Source: Lama guanicoe (taxonomy: Eukaryota). Taken from it: 64,000 nt of DNA. The stretch covers positions 1,373,793 to 1,437,792 of the forward strand of contig MU053493.1 in NCBI GenBank assembly GCA_013239625.1, given 5' to 3'. The notes below the pieces were generated by a model. It was given only the letters and a program-made list of their open reading frames with translations, was not told where the DNA came from and did not search any database. A program made the translations under genes and the position numbers. Of this stretch, positions 48,838-60,617 are shown one piece after another; position 1 is the first letter of the stretch; each line of letters opens with the position of its first letter.

Positions 48838-49351
48838 TGTCAACTAAAATAAAATGCACAACCTACAAGCTGAGAGTTATGTTCTATTTGGTGGACTTTC
48901 TGAGGACCAGAGCCCAGGAGCAGCTTCTCACATCGCTCTGAAGAGACTGTTCCACCCAGGCAAGGGAGGACCAGGATATATAGGAGTTTTTGCAACAAAG
49001 ACCATGTAGTTGGAACACCAAGAGATTACTGTTAATTAAAGAAAACCAGACATCTCAAGTTAAGGAACTTAGTGCTTTTCTATGTATGGGCAGGTGCAAA
49101 GGTCTGGGCTCGTTCAACTCATCCCTTTGATATGTATCTAGCTGTCTAGAGCCAGTGTCTTGTTCTTCCACATCCTGAGTCCCCTCAGGGGGCACCGTTG
49201 GGGGTGGCAGCAGAGGCCACGCTGCCTGCTTGTCTGCATCCTGAGTTCCCTCCGCTCACTGTCAGGGGTGGGGGTGGTAGTAGTGGCTGATGACTTGATG
49301 GCCACAGCATCCTCTATTTACTAATGTGGCTGGCAGTATTTTTCATTCACA
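48838..49351 (-). mobile_element. ERV solo LTR, family B copy 2
   Basis: TGTCAACTAAAATAAAATGCACA...GCAGTATTTTTCATTCACA; TSD CCCA/CTCA. Confidence 0.85.
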
Positions 49352-50231
49352 CTCACCTGTCAAATAATGCTTCCAACACGTTCCTTATTCGTGCACTCAG
49401 TGAATATATATATTCTATACACACTCGACATTCTGTTGGAGGAAACAGGAAAAGAGACCAGAAATGGCAGTGAGGAGAAAAGGAAAAAGGGTACAGGGGC
49501 ATCCTTCAGACGGGGGGGGGGGGGACATCTGCGGAAGAAAGGAGGGAAGGAGCCGGTGGGTCCAAGGTGCGAGAAGACATCACAGCCAGCTCAGACTGTA
49601 GACTGGAGCCCCTCAGTGATTCAAGGCTGGATGGCCATGGTGCGGGGAGCAGGGACAGACAGCCAGAGAGGGCAGCAGGGCCAGTGCACAGAGCTGGAGA
49701 GCATCCTGAGTGTGATGGAAAAGCACCAGTGGGATGAGGCAGGAGTGACATCTTTAAATAGCCCCTCTGGCTGCTGGGGAGATAGACTTGGGTCAGAGCC
49801 ACGTGGACAGATGGCTGTGGGTCAGTGTCTGTGACAGGGCGGCCCCATCAGCCTGGGACCCCATGTGCCAGAGCAGTGAGTGGAATTCTCTTCACCTCGC
49901 TCCAGTTCTGCAGAAGATTTTTGTTAAAATCCACAGGAGATTTTTTTTTTATCCTCAAAGGGTACATATTATACACAGAATGTAGAGTTTATTTTATTTA
50001 AAATAATTTCAATATGCAACTTAACAGCATCACAAATATAAAGGTCTACTTCTTCCTTAAGCTTTTGAATTCAACTAACTAATGTTCCTATTGTATACAT
50101 AAGCCTGGCAGGTTGGAACCATCACTTTGAGGGGGAAGGGCTTTGATTTGTGTTCACCTACCTACATATTTCATTAATTAAACCCCTCTAGACATATTAA
50201 ACTACATTTGTACATTTAAGTTTCAATTCAA

Positions 50232-50315
50232 TGGGGTAGGCATAGCTCAGTGGTAGAGCACATGCTTAGCATGCACAGGATCCTGGGTTCAATCCTCAGT
50301 ACCTCCATAAAAAAA
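50232..50315 (+). mobile_element. Vic-1-type SINE
   Basis: GGGCATAGCTCAGTGGTAGAGCACATGCTTAGCATGCAC..GGGTTCAATCC. Confidence 0.85.
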
Positions 50316-50602
50316 TTTTAATTTGATTTTTAAGTATTTCAACAGTCTCAATAACAAAAACCCTTCTCAAGTGCTCAAGTACATTTTCATGAATCCAATA
50401 CATTAAATACAATGACATGTTCTCTGAGTGTTCCAATATTGTAAGAACTTAGATTTCAAGTTAAAATGTCAAGTCTAAATTAATTACTCAAATATATCTT
50501 TAAATTCTGATTACAAGAGTGGCCAAACCAGATTATCTTAAATGTGACAGATGCAAAAAGGCCAAATGTGGATGTTTAATGATGTTAAAATTGTGGATTC
50601 GG

Positions 50603-50745
50603 TAGGGGGAGGGTATAGCTCAGTGGTAGAGTGTGTTTAGCATGCACGAGGTCCTGGGTTCAATCCCCAGTATCTCCATTAAAAAATAAACAAACAAACA
50701 AACAAACAAACAAACAAACCTACTTACCTCCCCCCCAAAAAATAA
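50603..50745 (+). mobile_element. Vic-1-type SINE with (AAAC)n tail
   Basis: GGGGGAGGGTATAGCTCAGTGGTAGAG...GGGTTCAATCCCCAG; AAAC repeat ~50688-50719. Confidence 0.9.
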
Positions 50746-51454
50746 ATTTAATTCTTGTAGACAACTGGAGGGACAGTTTTACAGATTGTCATCCCAAATA
50801 ATATCAGAATTCCCTTTCCAAGGAATGTTGGGTTGCGTTCTTGGCTGCCACGGCATGTAACATCCAGAGAGGCCCTGCCGGGTGCACACTTGCCCTGCTG
50901 GCTGGGCCCGCTGCAAGTTTGCTCTGCCCATCCCTTCTCCAACCCTGGAGAGAGTGTGTCTTCCCAGTCAAGTCCCTAGACATGGGTCACTCATCACCTA
51001 ATTCCCGTCTCTATTCATAGAAGTTTGTGGTCTCCACCTCAGTAGCTCCACACTTAACTGCATGTAACTGGGCTAGGTACCTCACTCAGTTCTGGATTCC
51101 TTCCCAGGTCTTCTTATCTGTCAGCAGAACCAGCAGTTGTGTTCTGGTGCATCTGGCTCACTCCCCTCTAATCAGTGACACTGGACTGTTGCTGCTTGAT
51201 GATGTGGGCCACTGTGCCCTGGATGTCTCCCCCCACCAGATTTACGGACCTCAAGGAGACTGTGCTGCCTGCTGGCCCCAGTCCCCCAAGCCAGATGTCC
51301 AGCCGCATGGGCAGGATGACAGGTGTGCCCCAGCACGCCCAGGTGTCCTGAGTACCCATCTGTACCAGCCCCACTCACCAGCCTTGGGCACCACCCACAG
51401 CCAGCCTCCAGGCAAAAACCCCACCCACCCTGCCAGCCCAGTGCCCTCCAAGGC

Positions 51455-52610
51455 AGACAATAACAAGTGTTGGTGAGGATGTGAAATAATTGGTACACTC
51501 ACACACCAATGGTGGGGATGGAAAATGGTGCAGATGAAAATTCAAATTCTTCAAATGGTTAAACAGAGTTACCGCATGACCCAGAGATTCCACTCCTGGG
51601 TATATTGTCAGAAGAAATGGACACACATCCGCACAAAACTTGTACACGGATGTTCCCAGAAGTATCACTCACAACAGCCCAAAAGTAGAAACAACCCCAA
51701 TGTCCATCAACTGATGACGACGTTACTGGCTCCAAGCTCGTACCACTTGCCACATGACAGGCCAATGAATCAGGAGACAAGTTGTTAGGGCAAGGAATAG
51801 GGATTTTTTTCGGAAAGCCAGCAGCAGCAGACCAAGAAGATGGTGGACTGGTATCCCAAAGAAACATCTTCCCTGAGTTAGAATTGAGGCTTCTTTTAAA
51901 CTAAAAGGGGGAGGGTTAATGTCAAACATTTTCTGGTTCTGATCAGCCTCCAGAGGGGATGTGTTAATTCTTCCTTCCTGCAGGCATTCACAGGTGGGCC
52001 TGGTCGGGATGTTTCCCGTGAGATAAACAAAGGTATTTTAGCTTAATGCACATTACCTGGGAGGCAGGGTTCCCAGAAATGGGCCATTATGTATAATTTA
52101 AGTGTATAGGCAACACTTCTTTAGTGATTAATTTGTAGCCAAAGCAATAGAATGCAAAAGTTAAAGTAAAAGAAACAGATTCAATATGGAGTCAGATTTG
52201 TTCTTCCCTATCATATGGATAGAAAAACAAAATGGTGTATCCATACAGTGTTATTCCAGAAAAAGGAATGAAGTACTGGTATATGTTATATTATAGATGA
52301 ACCTTGAAAACATTTGGTTAAGTGAATGAAGCCAAATACAAAAGGCCCTATTTGGTAGGACTCCATTTATAAGAAATATTCAGAATAGACAAATCTACAG
52401 AGACAGAAAGTAGGCTAGCGGTTGCTCAGGGCTGAGGGGAGGGGGAAACCACAGGGTGAGAGTTAAGGGTGAGTTGTTGAGGTGACAAAAGTGTTCTGAA
52501 TGTGTAGTGATAGTTGCACACATCCATGAATATAGTAAAATCCCATGAGTTGTGTACATCAAATGGGTGAATTGTATGATCTGTGAATTGTATCTCAGTA
52601 AAGTTGTTAC
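51455..52610 (+). mobile_element. Old L1 ORF2 end/3'UTR interrupted by ERV1 LTR family A copy 2 (51721-52215, minus strand)
   Basis: GACAATAACAAGTGTTGGTGAGGATGTG...CCCAATGTCCATCAACTGATGA [LTR] TGGATAG..AAAATGGTGTATCCATACA...GTGAATTGTATCTCAGTAAAG. Confidence 0.85.
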
Positions 52611-52724
52611 AGGGAAAAAAGTACGCCCAGAGAAATCTTGCGTCCACTCCTATCCCCTCTGCCCATATCCATGAGACTTCTTTTTGTTAAAATATTTACA
52701 TATATGTTTTTAATGGCTCTTTTT

Positions 52725-52862
52725 GAAAGGGGGCATGGGGAAATAATTAGTTTCTTTTATATACTTGTTTGTTTGTTTATTTATTTATTTTAATGGAGGG
52801 ACTGGGGATTGAACCCAGGACCTCGGGCCACGTGCTCTACCACTGAGCTGCATCCTTCCTCC
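52725..52862 (-). mobile_element. Vic-1-type SINE
   Basis: AATGGAGGGACTGGGGATTGAACCCAGGACCTCG..CTCTACCACTGAGCT. Confidence 0.85.
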
Positions 52863-54699
52863 TCTGCTTTCAGGCCCATAGGTACCCTCTGGTACCTTAC
52901 CTTTTTTTTTTTTTTTTTTTTACTTAGTGCATCCTAACTCTGGCTGTTTCCATTTTTGTCCTGTGTTCAGTAGGTAGGTGCACAGGACTTTCGGTTGGGG
53001 CGGCATGCACTACGGGGAACACCTGTGCCTGCCGGTGGCTCAGTTCCCTGGGGGAGGTTCCAGGACCTGAGGGCACATGAGCCGAGATCTTATCAAGGCT
53101 GTGCTCTCCCTCCAGCCTTGCACCTGGTGCTTGGTGGTCTACAGGTATCTCCGTCTTCTCATCTGTAGACTGGCTATTGTGGGAATCCAGCCCATTGACT
53201 CAGGTCGGGGTTGTAGAACAGCGTCTGGGACAGAAGGAGCGTGATGTGAGTGGGAACTGTTATTCTCATGACCCTCGCCTTCAAGGCCAAGCCAGCCAGC
53301 CTGGAAGCTCTGCCCAACGCCTGGTACATGGCCTTCTCTTTGCTCTTTGAGGTCAGCAGCAGCTGAGCCCAGTAAAAGGGTGAGACCAGGGACAGTAGAA
53401 GCAGGTGGAGCCCTTAGATGGAGGAACAGAGGGTGCTGGGAAGGGAGGCTGCTTCCACAGCCTGGGAGGCCAGGGCACCCTACGTTAGGTGGGTAGGAGG
53501 AGTGATGGAGTGGGCGCTGTCTTTCGATAGGGCTCAGGGAAGTCCTGTCTCATGAGGAGCAGCTGAGAGGAGGCCTGCATGCAGTGAGGTCAGAAAGGGT
53601 GAAGGCCCCGATCAGGGCCTACCCGAAACTACAGAGGGGCCCATGTGGCTCCAGCAGCATGGGGGCAGGGTGGTGGTGGGGTAGGGGCAAGGAAGAGTTC
53701 TGGAAGGGAGGTAGGTGCCAAGTCAAGTGGCGTCTGGCACCACTGTGAGTGGGGAAGGAGGCCATTGGTAGGTTCTCATCAGAAAAAGACCTGTCTACTT
53801 GCCTCTGAATCTAGAAGGCTCCCCTGGCCTGGGCTGGGAGTAGGTTGTATGTAGCCTGTCAGTGCCAGCTGCTGTGTCAGTCCAGGCAGGAGAGGATGGG
53901 GGCTGGACCCTGAGTGACATCTTGGAGGTTCTCTGATGGTGGGGTCAAAGAATTGACACCTACCCATCTCCTCTGTGCAGCAGGTCCTCCCTGGGGCCTG
54001 AGTGTCCGACTAGCCTCCATCTGCTGAAGACACCTTCTGGAAGCTTCTAGAGTGTGGGCAGTGAGGGGGTCCATTGAGGAAATGAGCATGGGCTCTTGGC
54101 CCCATGCCCACTTGACCCATCTCTGGGGCTTGGGCAGAGTTCACGGTGTGGAAATCACATGACCAGACTCTTCCATGAATTTCCAAAACATTGCCTGCCC
54201 CAGGCACTCTGCCTTGCGGTCCTTGTGTGGGTCCTCCCCAAGATCTCCCCGGGGATCCTCTCAATATTATGGCCCTGGGGCTCCAGAACACAGAGGAAAG
54301 GGTCCCACTGGATAAGGCAGGGCAGTAGTGGCCACAAAGGACAGGTACAAGGGGATGGAAGAGACAGTGTCGCTGGGACTGCCTGAGGCCTCTTCCAGAA
54401 GCTGGACACCCCTAGAGCGGGTGGAAACTGGAGGACGTGTGGTCACAGACCAGGGAAACCTGGGCGATTCTGGTTACCAAGAGCTGGGGTCGGGAGGGGA
54501 GGGGAGAGGGCTGGGGCCAAGGTCAGGATGCTTGGACAGCCAGGAACAGGGCCTGCTGAGCCTCACTGCCCTCCTCTGCGAGAAGGAGGGGGTCTCCTTC
54601 CCCTTCTCGGGGATCATCGTCAGCATTAGATGAGCTCTTGTAAGTAAAAAGCAACTTAAAATGACACAGTGAGCAGAAGAATGCAAGAGAGGATGACCG

Positions 54700-55260
54700 T
54701 CCTTATCGCCCAAGACTGAGGCATCGTTTTCCTATCATACAAGTAGTGTGTGCGTGTGTGTGCGTGAGTGTGCGTGTGTCCCGGAGTGGATGCAACATAT
54801 TCTCAGAGCCCGAGGGCTGACACAGATTTGAGGGGTTAGAAATGCCAGCAGCAGCAGCAGCAGCACCAGCGAGAAGCCCCTCCCCGAGGTGAGCCCAGCG
54901 GGCCCAGGCCACCTCGCCCGGTCCGGGAAGTGGGCGGAGGGAGGGAGGGGGGAGGGAGGGACGCTCCGGGGGGGCGGGCCTCCGAGGCGCCGGCGGGCGT
55001 GTCCCGTGTGGGGGCCCTGTACGCGGAGGGAGGTGGAGGCACAGGTCTGGGGTGTCCCTCCCGCGGAGCCCCGCAGAGCGGCGAGGGCAGACGGCGCCCT
55101 GGCACCCTTGCCGGGGGCCCGGCAGTCTGGCTGGAGGGAGCGGCCGGATGTGCTCGTCCGGGCCTCGGGGAAGGGGCCGCCCGCCTGTCACCGGTGCTGA
55201 CAGCTCCACCCGCAGCCGCCCACACGGGAATCTCTAGCCTCCCGGGTTTCTGCAGAAAAA
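54700..55260. promoter_or_regulatory. CpG island / promoter-like region with candidate first exon
   Basis: Dense CpG from ~54870-55250, GC boxes (GGGCGG), (GT/GC)n tract 54746-54779, (CAG)6, donor GAG|GTGAGC at 54888/54889, RE1-like motif 55185-55200. Confidence 0.7.
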
Positions 55261-55409
55261 CCACCTCTCTGGGAGCAGATCATGAATTCCAGGAATTTAC
55301 TGGAGACTTGGGAAGCAAGGGAGGGGCCTCCTGCCTGGACCCCTCCCCCCAGCCCTTCTCTTACCCTGTCCCTGCCTCCAGGAGCCCCCGCAGGCCTGGA
55401 GGACAGTGC

Positions 55410-55737
55410 AGTGCCTCACAGCCCACCCCTGACCCCTTCAAAGCCCCCTGGTCTCCAGCAAACCCCCAGAGATTTCCTCCACAGCCCTCCCACAATTCCC
55501 CTATAGTCCCATCCCATAGTCCCACTCCCAGTCCTCCACAGATCCCCCCTTCAGGGCCCCCCACAATCCCTCCACAGCCACACCCACAGCCCATCCCAAG
55601 CCCCCAACATCCCCCAGACCCCCTTCGCAGCCCCCTAAACCCCACAGCCCCCTACAGCCCCTTCACAGCCCCCGACAACTCTCTACAGCCCCCCACCACA
55701 CCCATAGCCCCCCACAGTACCCCACAGCCCCCCACCT
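55410..55737. repeat. Degenerate C-rich minisatellite-like tract (CCCACAGCCC-like units)
   Basis: Repeated CCCACAGCCC / CCCACAATCCC / CCTACAGCCCC variants with very few G on the + strand. Confidence 0.7.
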
Positions 55738-58002
55738 GCTGGTAGAGAAGGCCATGTGGTTGAGAATGGTGAGTTTTTCCTATCTCAGCAGTTTTGTAAA
55801 GGTCAGGACCAGGTGCTCCTGGCTAAGCCGGCCATGGGCACTGCCTGGGGACGGGGGATGCCAGGAAAGCTGGGAAAGGACATAGTGTGTGGGCTGAGTC
55901 TTAAAGGAGGCATGCGAATGTAAGTATAGAAGGCTGTTCCAGCTCAGGGAACAGACCAGGAGGAAAGAGAAAAGATAAATCCAAAGAAAATCCAGAAAGA
56001 CAGAAAAAATGTAAGAAGACGTATGGGGCACTGCAGATTGACAGAAAATGACGCTCCCCAACCCCAGCCCGCCCTACTACCGATGGAAGGTAAAATGTGT
56101 TCACCCAATTTGCCCTTGATACTAAGAGTATCTTCCTAGAATGGTCCGAGCTGAGGGTCACAGAGAAGGAAGTGTCCCCTAGCCCCGGGTTGACATGTAA
56201 GGACATGTTCGAAGCCCGGGTGGTGAAGAGGCTCCCACGGCTGCGGCTGCACCCGGAACCCTCCTTTACTGCAAATAAAGTTCACAACAGCAAATGACTA
56301 AGGGGCAGAAGGAGGTCCTGAGGGGGGCGGAGTCGGGCAGGAAGAGGGCGTGGCGAGGGCAGGACCCTCACCTTCCGTGGAGGGGAATTGAGATGCAGCC
56401 CCAAGGTGGAGCAGCATCCTTGAGGGAGGAAAAACTTCAGAGGGAAGTGACAGGGAAGTTGAAAGTCTCCTTGTAATGTAAGTGCAGGGCGAGGAGACAG
56501 AGTCCATCACTCAGCCTTCATTATCAGGAAACCCGTTAATCACAAAACCCGAGGACGGATAAGCGTTCCACGGAGGCTTCGGGGAATAACCAACAAGATA
56601 TTGAAAAACAGAAATGATAAAATATAAAAATAAAAATAATAATATTGGCCCTGGAGTGGTGGTGGGTCAAGATCGGGAGGGGGAGGAGAGAGAAATTTTA
56701 TCATTATTTTGGTGGTATTCTTTGGTTGTTTAACTTTGTTCATACACATATTACTTTGATTAAAATCCATAATTGTGAAAAATGAAACCGATGATCAAAT
56801 TGCTTCCAAAGTCCATGAACTCGATAAAGCTCATGCCTTGACGCTTGGTAAAGCAAAGTAAACTTAGTTTGCTGTTTTACTGTGTAGAGTATTTTCACTG
56901 GCACTTTCACAATTAGTTTTACAATCATCACCGAATGTATACAGAGCATGCATTCTTTGCCTTATCCTCTGCAGAAAGGGGAAAAAAGTTTCAAGTATTT
57001 ACCTAAGGGCACAGTGCCAGCCAGGCTGACGAATAACAGTAACAATAATTCTAACAGCTTCCCACCCCTACCCCTGAAGTGGATGCTACCAGGTACCAGA
57101 GCAGGTAACTGGGACCCCGCCCTGCACTCAGGGCCATGTCCCTCCGTAGTCTCAGATCAATGAATCTTCCTCTCAATTCAAAGGCTTCCCAGCCAGGAGC
57201 TCAGCCTCCTCCCCACCACTTGGCCAGAGCAGTTCTGTTTTTATTTCTGGGCATTGCATATGGCTTCTGTCCCAGCCAGTAGCTATGCTCCGGGTGTCAG
57301 GCTCCCTGGCAGCATCCCAGCACTCCTGGGAGCAGAGCTTTGCCCAGTGCAGGGCACAGCCAGCCGCAGCCATCTCAGTGAGCTGCCGGCTGCACGTGGC
57401 AGGGAAGAGCCCAGATGGACTCACATCGGCTCCATCCGTGGACCATGTGAAACTGTCTAGCATTTCACACCTGAAGCAAATCTGGTAAAAGAGGCAATCC
57501 CAGAGCTCCCACCACCTAGTTGGAATCCTAAATACATGCCACGTCAAAGGTACTGATAAAAGCCCTTGCTGCTCTTCTGAGCAACCCTACCCTGCCCTTC
57601 TGGTCTGTGGGTCCTGATGCACTGGTAACAGGGTCATTGCACTAGTTTTGAATATCATAAGGTTGACGCCCTCAGTTCTGCATCACGCCTTCGCACTTAC
57701 ATGCAGGCAGCTGTTGGCTGCGTCCCTGAAAACACTGCTATGAATGATGGTGGATGTCCCCTGGGGGTGAGGTGGACACTTACCCTCCACCCAACTTACC
57801 TTTGTCAAGCTCTTAGCCTCACAAAAGCACTGTTGTGTTTTTAAAGTTATACCTGAGTAGTTTTGCAAATTCAGAGAAGAAAAAAATAAGAAATAAAAAT
57901 AATCTGTTTTCACTAACTAAAGAGAAAAACTGCTTGAGTTTTATGTCTTTTACCAGTATTTCTTCTGTGCATATAACTATGTAATCACAATTATATAGCT
58001 AT

Positions 58003-58912
58003 GGACACAGGGAACACTATTCAATGGCCTGTAGTAACCTGCAATGAAAAAGAATATGAACAATAAATGCTGGAAGGGTCTAGAGAAAAGGGATGTAGTT
58101 TGCTGCAGTCATTATGGAAAACAGTATGGAGAGTCTGAAAAAGACTAAAAATAGATTTACCCTATGATCCAGCAATCCCACTCTTAGATATATATCTGAA
58201 GGGAAATCTAATTTGAAAAGATACCTACACCCCAACGTTCATAGCAGCACTATATACAATAGCCAAGACACGGAAGCTACTAAATGTCTATCAACAGATG
58301 ACTGGATAAAGAAGTTATGACTGGATAAAGAAGCTCCACACTCAATGGAATACTACTCAGCCATAAACAAAGAATAAAATAATGCCACTTGCAGCAACAT
58401 GGATGGACCTAGAGGTCATCATTCTAAGTGAAGTAAGCCAGAAAGAGAAAGAAAAATACTATACGATATCACTCACATGTGGAATCTTTAAAAAAAGAGA
58501 TGCAAATGAACTTACGTACCAAACAGGAAAAGACTCACAGACATAGAAAACAAACTTATGGTTACCAGGTGGAAAGGGGGTGGGAAGGGATAAACTGGGG
58601 GTCCAAGATTTCAGATACTAACTACTATATATATAATAGGTATACAATAATCTTCTTCTCTATAACATAAGGAACTATATTTAATACCCTGTAGTAATCT
58701 ATAATGAAAAAGAATATGAAAATGAATATATGTATGTATATGTATGACTGGAACATTATGCTGTACACTAGAACTTGACACATTGTAAACTGACTATACT
58801 TCAAAAAAAAGATTTAAAAAGGAAAAGAATATGAAAAAGAACATGTATGTGTATAACTGAATCACTATGCTGTACACCAGAGACTACATTGTAAATCAAC
58901 AATACTTCAATT
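58003..58912 (+). mobile_element. L1 3' end with a younger 5'-truncated L1 (58061-58822) nested inside
   Basis: TSD AAAAGAATATGAA 58048-58060 / 58823-58835; the host L1 tail resumes after the second copy. Confidence 0.85.
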
Positions 58913-59592
58913 TAAATATTTAAATTTAAGAAATTATATAGCTATAGAGAAAATTTTTTGAAAATAAAATGTGATTGTATCTCTGATTCTGTTTTATAAC
59001 CTGCCTTTTCACTTAATAATATATTGGATATTGGACATATTGGATGTTACGTAGTTCTTGAAATAATCCCCTACTCATACTTATGCTATTTTGAACATTT
59101 TGGTAATTATAACAGATGACTTTAACTTTTGTATGATTTAATATTTGCTGCATACTTTAGAATATATGTAACAGAAGTGAGTTTTGACACCCACCCCAAC
59201 ATTACTGACACTGTGCGTGCCCGCCTCCCGGCCCTGGGTCCTTCACAGCAGAGGCACCTGCCCTCCAGGATTTGGGGTGTGTGCTTCTGTTACCATCCAA
59301 GTTCATGCACTAGCAGGTGGTGGTCCCGGAGTGGAAGGTTCATGTACAAATTGCCCTAGACTGTGGTTGCAAGAGAGCTGCAGGGCCCTGAGCGAGCCAC
59401 TCTCCAGCTCTGGGAGTCTGATCCACGCAGTAAACCCTCTGGAATGTGCTTACGGTTAGAAAAGGCAGGAGGCAGACCAGAGAGGGAGTAGCTTATGTTC
59501 ATCAGAGCCAGCATTCAGTACCTATTTCCCCAAAGCAATAATGAACCAATAACCTTTGTGAGGTTGGTATGTGTGTGGATGACTCTTCCTAG

Positions 59593-60105
59593 TGTTACTC
59601 ACGATTAGGTTCCTGTCTTGTCGTAGAAAGAATTCACAGACGAGGCAAGGAGGTCAGGAAAGTAAGGTGAAGATTTATTAAGGGATAGGATGCTCTCAAG
59701 CAGAGAAAGGGCAGGCTCAGGTGAGCAGATGCCCTGAGTTTCTTTGACAAGTTAGTTACACAGGGTGTAAAAATCAATGGGCAGGATATTCATTCAGAAG
59801 GGAAGGGTTTGGGGTTATTGTCCCTGATTTTCATCTCAGCTTCACCTTCCCGAGGGAAGGAGGGATTTTCATCCTTATTTAGTCTGGATTGGAAGTGTCA
59901 CAGCATGGTGCATGATGGGTACTTCTAATCTACAAGGCTAACTTTATTGTAATGAGCATATAATGAGGCTCAAGATCTACCGGAAGTTGAATCTTCCACC
60001 ATCTTATGCCTGTTTGGTTCTAACCAGTTTATGTCCTGTCCTGTTTTTCTCCATGGCTGTGTCATTATGTTAATGGTGGTGCCCTGCCCGTTCCCTCCTG
60101 TCTCA
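59593..60105 (-). mobile_element. ERV1-class solo LTR, family C copy 2
   Basis: TG...CA ends with perfect 4-bp TSD CTAG (59589-59592 / 60106-60109). Confidence 0.9.
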
Positions 60106-60513
60106 CTAGGAGGAACATGGGGAAGCCTGTTGGTTATGCAAACCATATTGATATTCATTGCTGGTACTCCCCCAGTGCTCCTGTGGAGTTCATAAATAAC
60201 TCATTGCCCCATGTTGACATTGGGAACGGAAGATGCTCGCATGGGGGCAGGGGTGGAGACTGAACCCCAGATCACCGCTTCTCTGAAGCTCTCAGCCCAG
60301 TGGAGCTTCGTTTGTGAATGAGGGTGACCACCGGCACTATATGAATCTAACATAGGCCCTACACTTCCCACACTGTGTCCATCAACACCTGCCGGTCCTA
60401 AGGCTGCTGCCCTGGGATCTCGGATCCCCGGGTCTGGAGTCGGTGGGTGCACAGGCAGCAGCTCTGCCAGGAGCAGCCAGGGGGCTGTCATGGGGTTAAG
60501 ATGCTTTCCACCT

Positions 60514-60617
60514 GGGGGTGGAGAGGGTATAGCTCAGTGGTATAGCACGTGCTTGGCATGCACGAGGTCCTGGGTTCAATCCCCAGTACCTCCATTAACC
60601 AAAAAAAGGGGAAAAAA
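60514..60617 (+). mobile_element. Vic-1-type SINE
   Basis: GAGGGTATAGCTCAGTGGTATAGCACGTGC..GGGTTCAATCCCCAGTACCTCC; flanking repeat GCTTTCCAC on both sides. Confidence 0.9.

Noticed and set aside
32030..52215. Same-orientation LTR pairs as ends of a provirus
   Set aside because: The 16-20 kb spacing contains no gag/pol/env, the copies are diverged, and their flanks differ.
54735..54900. Signal-peptide-like minus-strand frame (SLVLLLLLLAFLTPQICVS)
   Set aside because: Produced by the CTG repeat; I saw no in-frame start nearby and the frame runs into a dinucleotide repeat and stop.
948..60617. tRNA-like box A/box B sequences
   Set aside because: They are heads of a repeated SINE with A-rich tails and TSDs, not tRNA genes.
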